From Octopus vulgaris (taxonomy: Eukaryota), in NCBI GenBank assembly GCA_951406725.2, contig OX597828.1, forward strand, positions 7,254,001-7,318,000: DNA of 64,000 nt, written 5' to 3'. A program made the translations under genes and the position numbers. Shown here piece by piece: positions 41,891 to 55,600 of this stretch. The first letter of the stretch is position 1; every line of letters starts with the position of its first letter. Under the pieces are notes generated by a model. That model was not told the origin of the DNA. It did no database searches and saw only the letters and a list, made by a program, of their open reading frames with translations.

Positions 41891-42247
41891 TTTTGATCTC
41901 ATCTATAATCTCAAAAATTCATTGATGCCAAATCTAGAGAATAGAATGTTTGAAAAGGAGAGATATCTTGTATTTTGCTGAAATTCTGGAGTGGTGACGA
42001 ATGCCTTATAGTGGTTCACTATCCAGACTTTCACAGAGAAAAAATAGAAGCTTATGGTTATTTACAATGTATATAAATTAGGACTCGACTACACTGGTCA
42101 GTTTAAAATGCTAAGATGGGTACGTTCTTTGTAAACTAAGATTTGGCGAATCTTCGAAGTTACTGCGAAATTTGGAAAAATTAATTCTTAATTCTAACGT
42201 ACTGTGTTCTTTATTTAGTCAATATCTTATTTTCGTTTTATGCATAG

Positions 42248-42568
42248 AAACCCCTTTCGGTCATGAGTAACCATAGGATTGCATCTAGAAAGTTACCTTC
42301 CGAGGCACAAGTCTGGGCAAGGTTGCTTATGGAAGACCAGCAGTCGTCCATTCATACCAGCTTTCCCTCTCCACGCCACCGATGTCATCCAAGGAAAAGG
42401 CTTGGTACCAATGACTTCGCGAGTCATTTCTACGGCTGAGTGAACTGGAGCAACGGGAAATGAAGTGTCTTGCTCAAGAACACAACACACAGCTCGGTCC
42501 GAGAATCGAACTCACTACTTCATGATTGTGAGCCCGACGCTCTAACTGCTGAGCCATGCGGCCTTTAC
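42248..42568 (-). mobile_element. SINE family C
   Basis: Collinear with 4948-5266. Confidence 0.85.
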
Positions 42569-42675
42569 GTATAAAGACATCTGTCCATCTATCCATTCAT
42601 CCATCAGTCCATCCACACACCCATTCATCCATTGCTTTATATATCTTTCCGTCCGTTCGTCTGTCTGTCTCGATC

Positions 42676-42708
<33 letters not shown>

Positions 42709-44028
42709 ATCTCTCTATCTATCTCAATTTATGTGTGTGTATGTTGTGTGTGTGTGTGTGTATGTGTGTGCATGTGTGGGTGTATAAGTACATACTAGGA
42801 TGTAATTATGTATTTATATTTGTTTTAATGATATAACCCAGAAATGCATTATTTACTGTTTGGGAGAGATAGAATCATGCCAGTGAGTAGGTGATTTGAT
42901 TTCAGCTCTTCTAAATGCATGCTTTGGGTGAATGTTTACCAACTTCGTATCTTTTTTAAAAAAATTCTATATTGCGTGCGTGCGATAATGAACGCGATAT
43001 TGCTTAGACAAGTGTAACTCACCTTAGCATTTTGCACATTAAAAATGTATATAATATACATGTGCGCAAGAAAAATTTTGCCAAGCTACGTATAGGAAAT
43101 TAATATCCCAAAGTAAAAAAAAAAACGGAGCTTACAGCTATTAACTTCAATGGAAGTTATATGATTCTCATGAACTTCTTCAGGTTCAGGGAAATCGTTT
43201 TTTCCATCGAGAATTCGAGACAGGATTCTTCCCAGTTTGACTAGGAGGCATATATCGCTCTCTGATCTCCGTGAAAAACTGCACATATTGCAGCTTGCTG
43301 CATCCCTTTGCAAGAAAACTGTCATTCAACTGCTTCAAGCGTCGCTCTTGTCTCACCATCTTAAACCATAATATATTAATACATTTCCATAAGGAAATGT
43401 ATATATGTATACATGTATACACACGTGTGTTAGTGTATGTGTGTGTGAGTGTGTGTGTGTGTGTTTATGTGTGTGAATGATTTTTTTAATGTATACCGAC
43501 AGCTTGCTGCTTTCCATTAAGTGGTAAATAAATTGTTTTCGTACTTCCACTAATGCGATGATTTCCGTATCATTAGCTATTAATAACTTATATGAATTTT
43601 ACTCCCACAGTCAGTACTGATATTTCCACAAAGAAAAAAAATATCAATACTGGAATCTCTACACAGAACAGAGATTCCACTTCTGGTGATCATACTAAAG
43701 ATTTTTCGTATCTTGAGCATTCTCCAGCCAAAGATTCCATGACTAGTCAGTAGCAGTCTCACCTAATAGCATCCAGCAGTAAGCGGTAATTTCATCCAGT
43801 AGCAGTCAATACCATTCACCATTCACCATCTATCAATCCCAACATTTGAACTGAGTCAGTCAACGAAAACGACGTTTACTCCTTATCTAGCGACAACTTA
43901 TATAAAAGCAGAGAAAATATCACTAAGAATCGAGTATCCGAACAACCAAAAGTCTTTCGTCTAATATCTGTGTAACTTTAAGCAATGCGAATCTGATCAA
44001 ATACAAATGTAAACTCTAGATGCATTTC

Positions 44029-44107
<79 letters not shown>

Positions 44108-44704
44108 CCTATCTACATATACATATGCATACATACATACATACATACATACATACATACATACATACATACATACATACATACATACATGCATACGTAC
44201 ATACATGTATGAGTGATTATAATTTGTGTGTTTATGGAGTTATGCCAAGTTGGGCAGAAGTGCAATGGTTTAAGTTCTTCAACCAACAAAAGATCAAAGG
44301 GAATATTTTCTCATATACATACAAACCTACACACACATCTACACACATTCACTCACACACATAATCAAGTACTCACACATAGTGTACACACGCACACGCG
44401 CACACACACATGGTTACTATATTTATATATTGACTATATATTTATGTAGGTTTTTGTACATATATGCGTGGGTATGTGCTTAATTTTTTATTAACCCATT
44501 AATGAATATAATCTAAATATACCATATGAGCACAGTAAAGGCCGTATGGTGAAAGGTCCATTTGCAGGCTCTTGATTCCCATTGCGCAGCATTTTCAGCA
44601 TGTACTTTTATCATAGTCCTGAATCGACCCTAAGATTTTCTAAGTGGAATTCTGTAAACGGAAGCTTTGCACAATCCATTCGAATGGACTGTCATTGTTC
44701 TCAG

Positions 44705-44803
44705 GATGGTAGGAACAAACTTTCTAATGGTTGCCGGGGACCATCTTACGGTGTAACACCACAAACTGGCACTAGGGTAACCATCAACGGGCTCCGCTTT
44801 GTG
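44705..44803 (+). CDS. Candidate internal exon (99 nt, DGRNKLSNGCRGPSYGVTPQTGTRVTINGLRFV)
   Basis: cattgttctcAG acceptor, consensus donor G|GTAAGT, phase 0/0. Only this frame is open. It lies in a ~450 bp unique island. No homology recognised. Confidence 0.3.
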
Positions 44804-44939
44804 GTAAGTATTTGGGCAGACGAGATCTCCCCTAATTTAAATAATTACGCAGTAGGGTGTTTGATTTCCTACGAAAGTGCATCCTCGGTGTTTGCTATAC
44901 TACGTACTAACAATGGCGTACATGGAACCTTTCATTAAT

Positions 44940-45086
44940 CTTCTTCCTCCTTTCTGTTTCTCTTCCACTTCCTCTTTCATTTCCTTCACCTCCTCCTCCT
45001 CTTCACCGCTATTCATTAACTCCATTTTTATAATTTCTTTCACAGCTCTCTTTCCTTTCACATGCTTTTCAGATTGGCTCCATACT

Positions 45087-45134
<48 letters not shown>

Positions 45135-45430
45135 TCCTTCGTTATACACCTTCCTTCTATACTTCCTTCCCTCTTTGTTCCTTTCTTCCTTCCTCATTTG
45201 TTTGCTTGTTTGTGTCATTCTTTTCTACTTCCTTTCTTTAACTTCTTTCCTTTCTTCGTGCACTACACACCTTCCTTCTCGTCTTTTTACCTTACTTTCT
45301 TCATTTCCTTCCTTCCTTCCTTACTTACTTTCTTCATTTCCTCCCTTCCTTCCTTCCTTACTTTCTTCATTTCCTTCCTTCCTTCCTTACTTACTTACTT
45401 TCTTCATTTCCTTCCTTCTTTCCTTCCTTT
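44940..45430. repeat. Pyrimidine-rich low-complexity tract with (CTTT)n and ~30-bp degenerate tandem units
   Basis: The unit ttactttcttcatttccttccttcc repeats about 4 times at 45292-45425. Confidence 0.85.
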
Positions 45431-46777
45431 ATCTAAACCGCCCATCACGCAAAGTTAACATGTATTTCATTTTCCCCCTACATCATTATGGCTCATCGCG
45501 ATAGTTACCCTCTCCAGATCCCCAACCGCACCCACCCTCACCCCATCGCCTTACCACACAACAACAACAACAACTTAACTTTTATAAAAGACTAACATAT
45601 ATATAAAAAGGCAATTCAACAATAATCGTTCGCTTAACTTCTTCCACGTGTGATTTGTTCACAATTACTGAATGAAGGGCAAAGACGGCCTGGGGAGGAA
45701 ATGAAGTGAGAGATAATATAGTAAGGTGAAGAACTAGTGAATTGTTAATAATCCAATCACAAGCTTCACTCTAACGGACATGTTTTCTACTATTAAAAAA
45801 AGAAAAACATTTAGATCTGATCGGCCATGTCTAACTTAATAGTACCACCTGATAGAATCTATAAAGCCGTTTTTTGTACTATGGGTCATTCAAGTAGGGT
45901 GTTGCTTTTGGCTGAGATATATCCATATACCCAGGTATAAGTGACTCATCTAGTATTACTTGAGGAATTTTTTGAAAGTGATGGGATCTCATATTTTGAT
46001 TTGTTTTTTGGGTTAATATTAAATAAAGCAAAAAGTCAATGAGCAGGTAAAATCGTTTGCACACCGGGCAAAATGCTTAGTGTTATTTCGTCCGTCTTCA
46101 CGTTCTGAGTTCAAATTCCGCCGAAGCCAAATTTGCCATTCATCCTTTCGGAATCAATAAAATAAGAACCTGTTGGGTGTTGGGGTTGATGTAATCGATT
46201 TATCCCCGACCCTGAATTTGTTGGCCTTGTGCAAAAACTTGACACCGATATGAAGTAGAACATAATTGGTGAGACAAAGTAATTGTGTTGTAGTGTATTT
46301 ACATGTTGTGAGACTCTATTGTGTTGTGATGTGTGTGCGTGTGTGTTGTAGCACAGGGTCTCACCTTAGATGAGTTCTGAATTTGATGTTAAGGTCGTCT
46401 GGGGAATGCTGGTGGGTACACTCCCACAATGATGTACCGTTCACGCCGGCATTGAAGACAATAAAGTTTCGATGTTATATTCGGAAGCCAAACTGGGTAA
46501 GGCTCCATCAGCTAAGGTTTAAATATTAGTTGGTGTTTATATTACGTCTATACGAGAGATGCTTGACAACCGATGTTGGTGTGCTTATGTCCCCATAACT
46601 TAGTGGTTCGGCAGAAGACCCCGACATAATAAGTACTAGGCTTACAAGGAACAAGTCCTGGGGGATCGATTTGTTCGACTAAAAGGTTGTGCTTCAGCAT
46701 GCTCGCAGTGAAATGACTGAAACAAGTAAAAGAATAAAAGAATATAAGTGTGTGTGTGTGTGTGAGAGAGAGAGAAG

Positions 46778-46823
<46 letters not shown>

Positions 46824-47049
46824 CGTCGTATACATGTGCTCGTGTGTGTTTGTGTTTATTTCATACTACCGTTTGAGAACCGGTATTGGTGTGTTTACGT
46901 CTCCATAACCCAGCGGTTCAGACGATAGAATAAGTAGAAGGCTTAAAACGTAAAATAAGTACTGGTGTCGGTTAGTTCCACTAAAATTCCTCGAGGTAGT
47001 GCCCCAGCATGGCCGCAGTCTAATGCCTGAAACAAGTAATGGATAAAAG

Positions 47050-47567
47050 ATACATACATACATACATACATACATACATACACACATACATACATACATA
47101 CATACATGCATACATACATACACACATACATACATACATACATACATACATACACACATACATACACACACATACATACATACATACACACATACATACA
47201 TACACACACATACATACATACACACACACACATACATACATACACACATACATACATACATACACACACATACATACATACATATACATGCATACATACA
47301 TACATACATACATACATACATGCACAAACATACATACATACATACACACACACATACATACATGCATGTACACACACATGCATACATACACACATACATA
47401 CATACATATATACATACATACATACATACAAACTTACATACATACATACTTACATACATACACACACACACATACATACATTCATAATACATACATACAT
47501 ACATACATACATTCATACATACATACATACATACATACATACATACATACATACATACATACATACG
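47050..47567. repeat. Degenerate (CATA)n/(CA)n microsatellite
   Basis: Direct reading. Confidence 0.95.
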
Positions 47568-47960
47568 CAGGTATATACATTCTAATCCTAGTCGATTATC
47601 CAACTCGAGACAATTGCTTTTAAGCGGAGCGCTCACGAAACGAACCCAGAAACACGAAGTAGCGAAGCTGACTTCTTAACCACACAGCCATGTTTGCCGC
47701 TATAACGTTGTTTGAAGTTCACACGGAATTCATTAAATATTAGTGAATCTCCTTTCCCAGCCCCTTCCAGTGGAAGAGAAAATAAGTGTCTGTAGTGGTC
47801 CCTCATACATTTCAGGTTTTCTTTATGAGTCACTCGTTAATTAGTTTATTATATAGACCGGCATCAGCTATTTCACCTCACACTCTGACATTGTTAAATA
47901 TTGCTCTTCTATATCGCTCCTCTTACGTTCACCCCCACTGTCTGTCTCATATGAGTGTAT

Positions 47961-48049
<89 letters not shown>

Positions 48050-48379
48050 CATATATAGATTTATATATATATATAGAGATATATAGATATATAGATATAC
48101 ATATATATATATGTGTGTGCAACTACACAAAAACATAGGGAGACACATGCATGCACACATTCACACACACACGCACACACACATTCTCATTCTTTCTATC
48201 ACATGTATGACCACTCATTTTTCTCATTCCCTCATTCAGCTTTTCTGTCAACCTACATACATGTCTGTCTGTAAGTCTGTCTCTGTTTCTCTCTTTATCG
48301 CTCTCCTTCCCTCTTTCTATGTATACGCACATTATGTGTGTGTGTACATATACACAACATAACCTGTCTCTCTATCTAT

Positions 48380-48466
<87 letters not shown>

Positions 48467-48484
48467 GTCTGTCTGTCTGTCTGT

Positions 48485-50480
48485 CTGGCATTTGGTTTCA
48501 TGAATGAGAGATTTCAAATTTGCTGTCTTCAGTTGCGCTTTTTGTTGCGGCGTAGGCTCATCCGGCATTCTAGACAGTAGAAGATTTAGTTGCTTTTTGG
48601 AAACATCTGCATAAATCTTAGAGTTTTCGCGAGGATATTGAAAAGCTCTAAGGCTCTGAACCCCAAGCTATTACAGTATCTAGTCCTAAGTCTGAATAGT
48701 GAGGATGGTTCCAGACATTTATTGCAGCATGTCTCTATTCTGTCTTCGCTGTAGGGTCGTATATGTACCGTTTTCGAGAACCGCTGGTTTAGAGTCTTTA
48801 GTTTTTCAGCCTTTTCCGGAATCTGGTTTGTTGCACTGAGGCAATCTTAAAGTTCGCCATTAATTTTACACTGTGTGGTGACCATAATTAAACGCAATAA
48901 CCTAGATGGCTGAGAACAACTATTCTCCAGAAGACCTTTATGGTTTCTCTACCCTCACGTTTTGAAATATCTACTTTTGAAAGTTAAAGGAAAGTATAAT
49001 GAGCCCCATTCATAATGGCGGGAGCAGAGCAAATGCTACATTACAGGCCCGTTTCTCAGAGACCTCATCAGTAAAGACATTGGACGAACAATCAGAAGGA
49101 TACTAATTGCACTCCTTGAAGCAAATGACTTGCAAGCTATCATCCAATATTATTTTCGACTACCTGAAAGCTGCCATCATATTAGCAATGAGTGGAGTCC
49201 TACACGGTAATATTTTGAGGACACTGCTCTTCATAGTGGCTCTCTAAGGCTGACATGTCCTCAACTGTACAGATGGTTACCCTCTTTATCACAATATAAG
49301 TTTACATTTCATTACCAGCTTAGTAATAAGCACATGAAACGTTGTATCATAATTCATGATAATGCCCTGGTTATGACTGACACTGCAATCTGTCCTGGTC
49401 CAGTGAGTTTTGTCAAAATTGCATTTAGATCTGTGCTTACAACGGAGTAGTTGGAGTTCTCAGCATTAAATTACATGTTATTTGCTTCGCTACACCTATA
49501 TATAACATTTAAATCATGTTGCCGGTGCGTAGTATCTCCAGGGCTCTTTACTATCACTACTTTTGCATCATCTGCATTGTGGGCGAGGGTAACAATCTGT
49601 GCAGTCGAGGACATGGCCAGTATCGTATCTCTTTACATCAATGTAATCGATCCTTGCTGCTTTTATGTGTACCGTTGACATGGGAATAAACTCTTGTGAT
49701 TGCTTAATTTTCGTATGAACTAAAGGGGTCATAAAAACACCTCTTGATGGCTCAATCAATGTTTCACTTACACTTTTAGGGTTTGCAGTTTGGAAGCCAT
49801 TTTCTTGGAAGCGTGGTCTTGTAGTGAACTGAAGCTCATTCTTTAATAATTTTAAAGAAAGCGTTAGTGTTGGTTATTCATTTTCTATAACCATAGATTC
49901 TTTCACTGCCCTTTTCTTTTCATAGGAGTGTTACAGTTTCAGTCTTCACCTGTGCCCTTTTTTGAGGCATTCTCGTAGTTTTTCGGCTGTTTATTTAGGC
50001 ATTGTGAAATCTCCGTTCTTCGTCTCATCAGAAATTTTCTTTCACTGGGAATTTTGTTTTAGTGCAGATTGGACTTTTGTGGGAGGCAAACAGTAAGCAT
50101 ATGACTTGGATTACTGAGAGAAATTGCTTTTAAGCTTCATGTCGATGTCAGGTGGGGAGAGACATTTATGTTAATTCTGTTTGAGGATATCTCTCTGTAT
50201 TTTATTGCCAGTTTGCTTTGTAGAAATCGAGACTAGATAGAGTGTTAGGGCTTCTTATAGTCTGCCTCTCTGTGTCTTTCTTTGCTTCATACATTGTCAG
50301 AAGGTCGGTGTCCATTTTACATAATGGATAACATTGAGTGGGCTGAAGTTTCTTATTAGAAGTACACTGATGTGTAGTTTGGTTAGCACTTCAACTTTTG
50401 TGAGCTAGTTTCACGTATATTCATATGGTTTAAAGCATCTGATGGGCATTGTGTCGTACTATTTCAAGTTGTCTTACGAG
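48485..50480 (-). mobile_element. Highly decayed, rearranged CR1-type LINE (linker, RT remnant, 3' end)
   Basis: Minus strand: LDFYKANW, ERKFLMRRRT, ENGFQTANPKSVSETL, LAHNADDAKV...DLNVIY..SEANNM*FN and RYCNSLGF..LFN...LLLSRMPDEPT. Plus-strand RT piece SGVLHGNILRTLLFIVAL at ~49190-49245. Confidence 0.8.
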
Positions 50481-50769
50481 GTACAACCAGTGCCTCATAC
50501 ACAGAGTTTGAATACGACAGCAGGAGGAGCAGAGGCATGAACGATGTCCAGATATATGTTTCAGGCCTACTATGGATATTTATTTCCTTGTCAGTTCGCA
50601 TACATGTGCATGCGTGTGTGTCTGTGCGATGTGTATGTGTGTGTCGTGCATGTGAGTGTGTCTGCGCATGTGCGCGCATGTGTATGTATGAGTGGGTGAG
50701 ACTGTGTGCAAATGTATATTTATATATATATATATACGTGTATACATACATATGTATGTACATGCATGT

Positions 50770-50834
<65 letters not shown>

Positions 50835-51127
50835 GGTGAGAGAGTTGGTGTGTGAAACACGTGGTTGGATGTATAAAAAATAAAAAAGAGTGAAAAAACT
50901 ACAGAAGGCTTGTGTTATAAGGTTAAAGAATATATTTAAGTGGTTATGTTAGAAAAATGTTAGAAAATTTTGTGTATAGTAACATAGTTTTTGGAGAAAT
51001 AACCGGTTTCGTATAGTCTTTTCAAATTTCTCAAATTTCTTTACCTACATCGTGTCATGTCAATCACGTGAAGTGAAGAGTTCCAGGCAGGAGAAGGTAA
51101 TCAGGGATTTCTTCCGGTGTAAGGGAG

Positions 51128-51819
51128 ATGATCGCTTTATATTATATGTTTTTTCAATGAGATGAGTTTTCTTGCATAAAAATGTTAGAATGGATCACCG
51201 TTCCCTCTCTCTTACTCCTCCTCCTCCTCCTCCCTCTCGTCGCTGACCAGAGAGTAACTAACTTTCTTTCTGACTACTGCCTCCAACAAGTCTACAACAG
51301 CTTCTCCTGCCCTCGTAAGCCGTTTTCTCAATGCGTTCAAAATAATTTTCCCATCGTCTCGGCTAAAAAGCCCTTATCGTTTGTTTTTACTGTGTTATAC
51401 TCATTGTCCTGTCTTTTACTGTTTTTATATGTATTACTTTTACTGTCTTGTTTTGTTTTTACTGCTCTGTTCTTGTCACCATTTTTACGCCTCCGCAAAA
51501 TATCCTAAATTTATTTAATTTGCTTTGCGGGAGGGATTGTTTCAACGAAGTCGTGTCTTGCCCTTACCTTCGAAACACGGAGTAGTCGAAGCAGGGGCAA
51601 CTGAAGAAGGGGAATGTTCCTTGTGTTGTATGTCTTGTACTCTGTATTTTCGTTGTTTGAAAAAGTCCATTTCCATGTTTTGTTTTTATGTTTTCGTTTC
51701 TCGTTGTGTTCTACGTTTTTTTGATGTCCTGTACCATATATGCATGTATATATTACATATAGATGTAGGTATGTACATATATGTATGTATACATATGTTT
51801 TATTTATTAATTTGTTATT

Positions 51820-51857
<38 letters not shown>

Positions 51858-52871
51858 TGTCGCTGTTGGCATTAATCGTGTCACGTCATTATTTAGGTAA
51901 CACAAAGCTATATGTAGACCCAAATCACAGATCTACGGCATTAATAGAGAAACCAAGAACATGGTAACAAATTTAAAATTGATGACAGACTAGAATAACT
52001 GGAAAAATATAAACGTTTATGACAAAAATGGGACCACATATATAACGTTGATGTTAACCCTTTGTATGTCGGTTGATAAACCCAGCTCAAATTTTTTATA
52101 ATGTCGATTTAGTGAAGAAGAAATTTTTGAGGAATGATTAAGGTATATCATTAGGGAAGCTACTAATGCCAAACATGATCGCTTTATATTATATGTTTTT
52201 TCAATGAGATGAGTTTTCTTGCATAAAAATGTTAGAATGGATCACTCGTTTCTCTCTTACTCCTCCTCCTCCTCCTCCTCGATCTCTCTCGTCGCTGACC
52301 AGAGGGTAACTAACTTTCTTTCTGACTACTGCCTCCAACAATACAACAGCTTCTCCTGCCCTCGTAAGCCGTTTTCTCAATGTAAAAATAATTTTCCATC
52401 GTCTCGGCTAAAAAGCCCTTTATCGTTTGTTTTTACTGGGTTATACTCATTGTCCTGTCTTTTACTGTTTTTATATGTATTATATACTGTCTTGTTTTGT
52501 TTTTACTGCTCTGTTCTTGTCACCATTTTTACGCCTCCGCAAAATATCCTAAATTTATTTAATTTGCTTTAAATAGAGGATTGTTATCAACGAAGTCGTG
52601 TCTTGCCCTTACTGGTAGTCAAGAAACACGGAGTAGTCGAAGCAGGGGCAACTGAAGAAGGGGAATGTTCCTTGTGTTGTATGTCTTGTACTCTGTTTTT
52701 TCGTCGTTATGAAAAAGTCCATTTCCATGTTTTTGTTTTTATGTTTTCGTTTCTCGTTGTGTTCTACGTTTGTTTGATGTCCTGTACCATATATGCATGT
52801 ATATAAAAATACATATAGATGTAGGTATGTACATATATGTATGTATACATATGTTTTATTTATTAATTTGT

Positions 52872-52914
<43 letters not shown>

Positions 52915-53136
52915 TGTCGCTGTTGGCATTAATCATCACGTCATTATTTACGAAACAAAGCTATATTAGACCCAATCACAGATCTACGGCATTAATAGAG
53001 AAACCAAGAACATAACGGTAACAAATTTAAAATTGATGACAGACTAGAATAACTGGAAAAACTAAACGTTTATGACAACCAGGGACCACATATATAACGT
53101 TGATGTTAACCCTTTGTGTCGGTTGATAAACCCAGC
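51128..53136. repeat. Tandem direct duplication of ~960 bp (51128-52086 and 52175-53136)
   Basis: The two copies are collinear, both starting atgatcgctttatattatatg and ending gttgataaacccagc. They differ mainly by small indels. Confidence 0.9.
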
Positions 53137-53160
53137 CAAATGTAATGTAACATATTGTAT

Positions 53161-53205
<45 letters not shown>

Positions 53206-53206
<1 letters not shown>

Positions 53207-53395
53207 TGAAATAGAAAGATGAATAATCTTGTTGCAGATTAATCAAAAGTTTAACCGATACCTTGGTAGCAAAAATCACAGCAGAAGACAGCACGGTTGG
53301 AGGTACAACCATATGGTGTTGCAACCGTGCGTTGGTGCGGATAATTGAATTTTAATATTATTAGTGAATTTCTTCAATTCACTAATAATAATAAT

Positions 53396-53476
<81 letters not shown>

Positions 53477-53750
53477 TGTATGTATGTATGTATATATGTA
53501 TGTAAGTATGAATGTATGTATGTATGTATGCTGTATGATATTTTCCCTGTTTTTATTCCTGTATGTTATATATTTTAATAATTACTGGTATCTTTATATA
53601 TTATATATGTAAAGCATAATATGTTATACATGTGTGTATGTTGTTTAATTGTCATTTTAGTAAATAAATAAATAAATCGACATAATATAATGTCTAAAAG
53701 TTTATGAACACCACCTATTGATCGCCTCCATTTTCTCATTGCTCCTCTCC

Positions 53751-53787
<37 letters not shown>

Positions 53788-54083
53788 CGGATTTCCTATT
53801 TCTTCCTGAAGAGAAAGACACAATATGGTCTCATTTATTCAATCGGAAGTAAATTGAGCTTTCGAAACACGTAGAATGAAATAAAACGATTTCTGTTCAA
53901 TCTTCGTTCAGTTCCATTTCTTCAATTCACCAGTAATATTAAAATTCAATTATCCGCACCAACGCACGGTTGCAACACCATATGGTTGTACCTCCAACCG
54001 TGCTGTCTTCCTGTGATTTTTGCTACCAAGGTATCGGTTAAACTTTTGATTAATCTGCTACAAGATTATTCATCTTTCTATTT

Positions 54084-54086
<3 letters not shown>
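53206..54086. repeat. ~165 bp near-perfect inverted repeat (53206-53370 / 53924-54086), Penelope-like
   Basis: The arms are reverse complements with only a few differences. Both outer ends abut (TA)n. Confidence 0.9.
53797..53883 (+). ncRNA. Putative type I minimal hammerhead ribozyme
   Basis: tatttc-ttc / CTGAAGA / GAAAG...CTTTC (stem II) / GAAAC-ac-GTA / gaa-t-gaaata (stem I). All core nucleotides are present. Confidence 0.6.
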
Positions 54087-54148
<62 letters not shown>

Positions 54149-54267
54149 CTCATATCGACAACAAAATGTTCACCATTTATGCACCAGTAACAAGTTAAGA
54201 CAAGTTAAGAATGCAAGTATACGCTAGGTCATTATCTAAACATTCAAGTCTTAGTGACAGCAAGGTA

Positions 54268-54516
54268 AAAGTAAAGTTACCGTCTCGAGTCATACTGACT
54301 CATAAGGGCCGGTCTCCCGGTTTCCTGGCGTCTATGTTCCCCATCCGGACGGGACGCCGGTAGATTGCAGGATTGTTCATTTTTGCCAGTGTCAACTGGA
54401 GCAATGTGGAAGGAAGTGGTTTGCTCAAGAACACAACCCGTCGCCCGGTTCAAGAATGGAAACCACAATCTTACGACCATGAGTCCAACACCCTAACCAC
54501 TAAGCCACGCAGCGCC
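54268..54516 (-). mobile_element. SINE family C-related copy
   Basis: tRNA head gcgtggcttagtggttagggtgttggactc, with a tail aactttacttttacc. An inverted partner lies at 56992-57255. Confidence 0.8.
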
Positions 54517-55012
54517 ACTTAGCGACAGTGCTATCTAATTTCAATGATTCACTTCCAGGATAGTTACTACAAGGAAGGTATTTACACATTTGACTATATG
54601 CAAACTTGTTAGCCATAAACGTATACAGCGTATTTAAGTCATTACTGATTAGAGATCCCCTCATTAATTTCAGCTTTGAAAGTTTCGCATGCGTCAGCAA
54701 GTTTTTTATTTACTGACATAATTTTTTATTTACGAATAAAAACAACTGTTGTTAATGGGACTGTGAACGATGTGTTCGGTGTGTGTATTAGAAAACAGTA
54801 ATGACACAGAAACACACGACCTCATTCATAGACCTGCTTGCTGTGTTTTTTCATATATTGTATATAAAAATTTTTTGTCCTAGACAATGTGCGTTACTGC
54901 CGCGAAGGTCTTTTCCACTTTTGAATGTACACGAACGTGTTAAATGCAAATGTTCACAGCTACATATGTATATGTCTGTATGTGTGTATTGTGCGTGTGT
55001 GAGTGTATGTAC

Positions 55013-55102
<90 letters not shown>

Positions 55103-55104
55103 AT

Positions 55105-55600
55105 ATAAGGGAAATTTTCACACAAAAAAGCAAAAGACGAAGACCAGGTGGTGTAGACAACAAACAGATGTATTAGTTTAACACTCGGGAAGTGAAAAAG
55201 TCTTTAACGTTTCGAGCCTACGCTCTTCTACAGAAAGGAACACATAAAGAAACAGGGAGAGAAAATAAAGTATGTGCAGTGGCTAGCGATCTATCATGGC
55301 GAATGTCGGACAGAGGGGTCACACAGGAGAGCTAGGAAGAAGGGGAGATTATAAAGTAGTGGTGATCCCAAAACGAAGGTGCCCGTGCGTATTTATAAGA
55401 GAGCATGTATGTGCGTGAGGAAGAGGGTTGGTGACCTTGACGTGTGCGTGTGTGCATGTGTAGGTGCGTGGATGATGGAGCGGGTACTGGGAAGTGGTCA
55501 GCGCTAGTGTGTGCTTGGTGGTGTGATGTGATGTGGGGTTGTGTGGTATGGTGGTGTGTGGTGTGGTGGTGGGTGGTGTGGTGTGGTTTGCATAAAAGTT
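55105..55600 (-). mobile_element. Penelope-like pseudo-LTR fragment (longest copy of the 17425/34370 family)
   Basis: Shares aaaagacgaagac..ggtgg..acaaacagatgtattag..gtttcgagcctacgctcttctacagaaagg with the other copies. Confidence 0.65.

Noticed and set aside
43172-43372. SGSGKS as a Walker A motif in a plus-strand frame
   Set aside because: It lacks the first Gly of GxxxxGKS, is preceded by a stop and has no downstream NTPase motifs. Retained only as part of a weak exon candidate.
46866-47636. 256-aa MYVC-repeat ORF, plus similar YI/HT/LSIY ORFs throughout
   Set aside because: Microsatellite translations.
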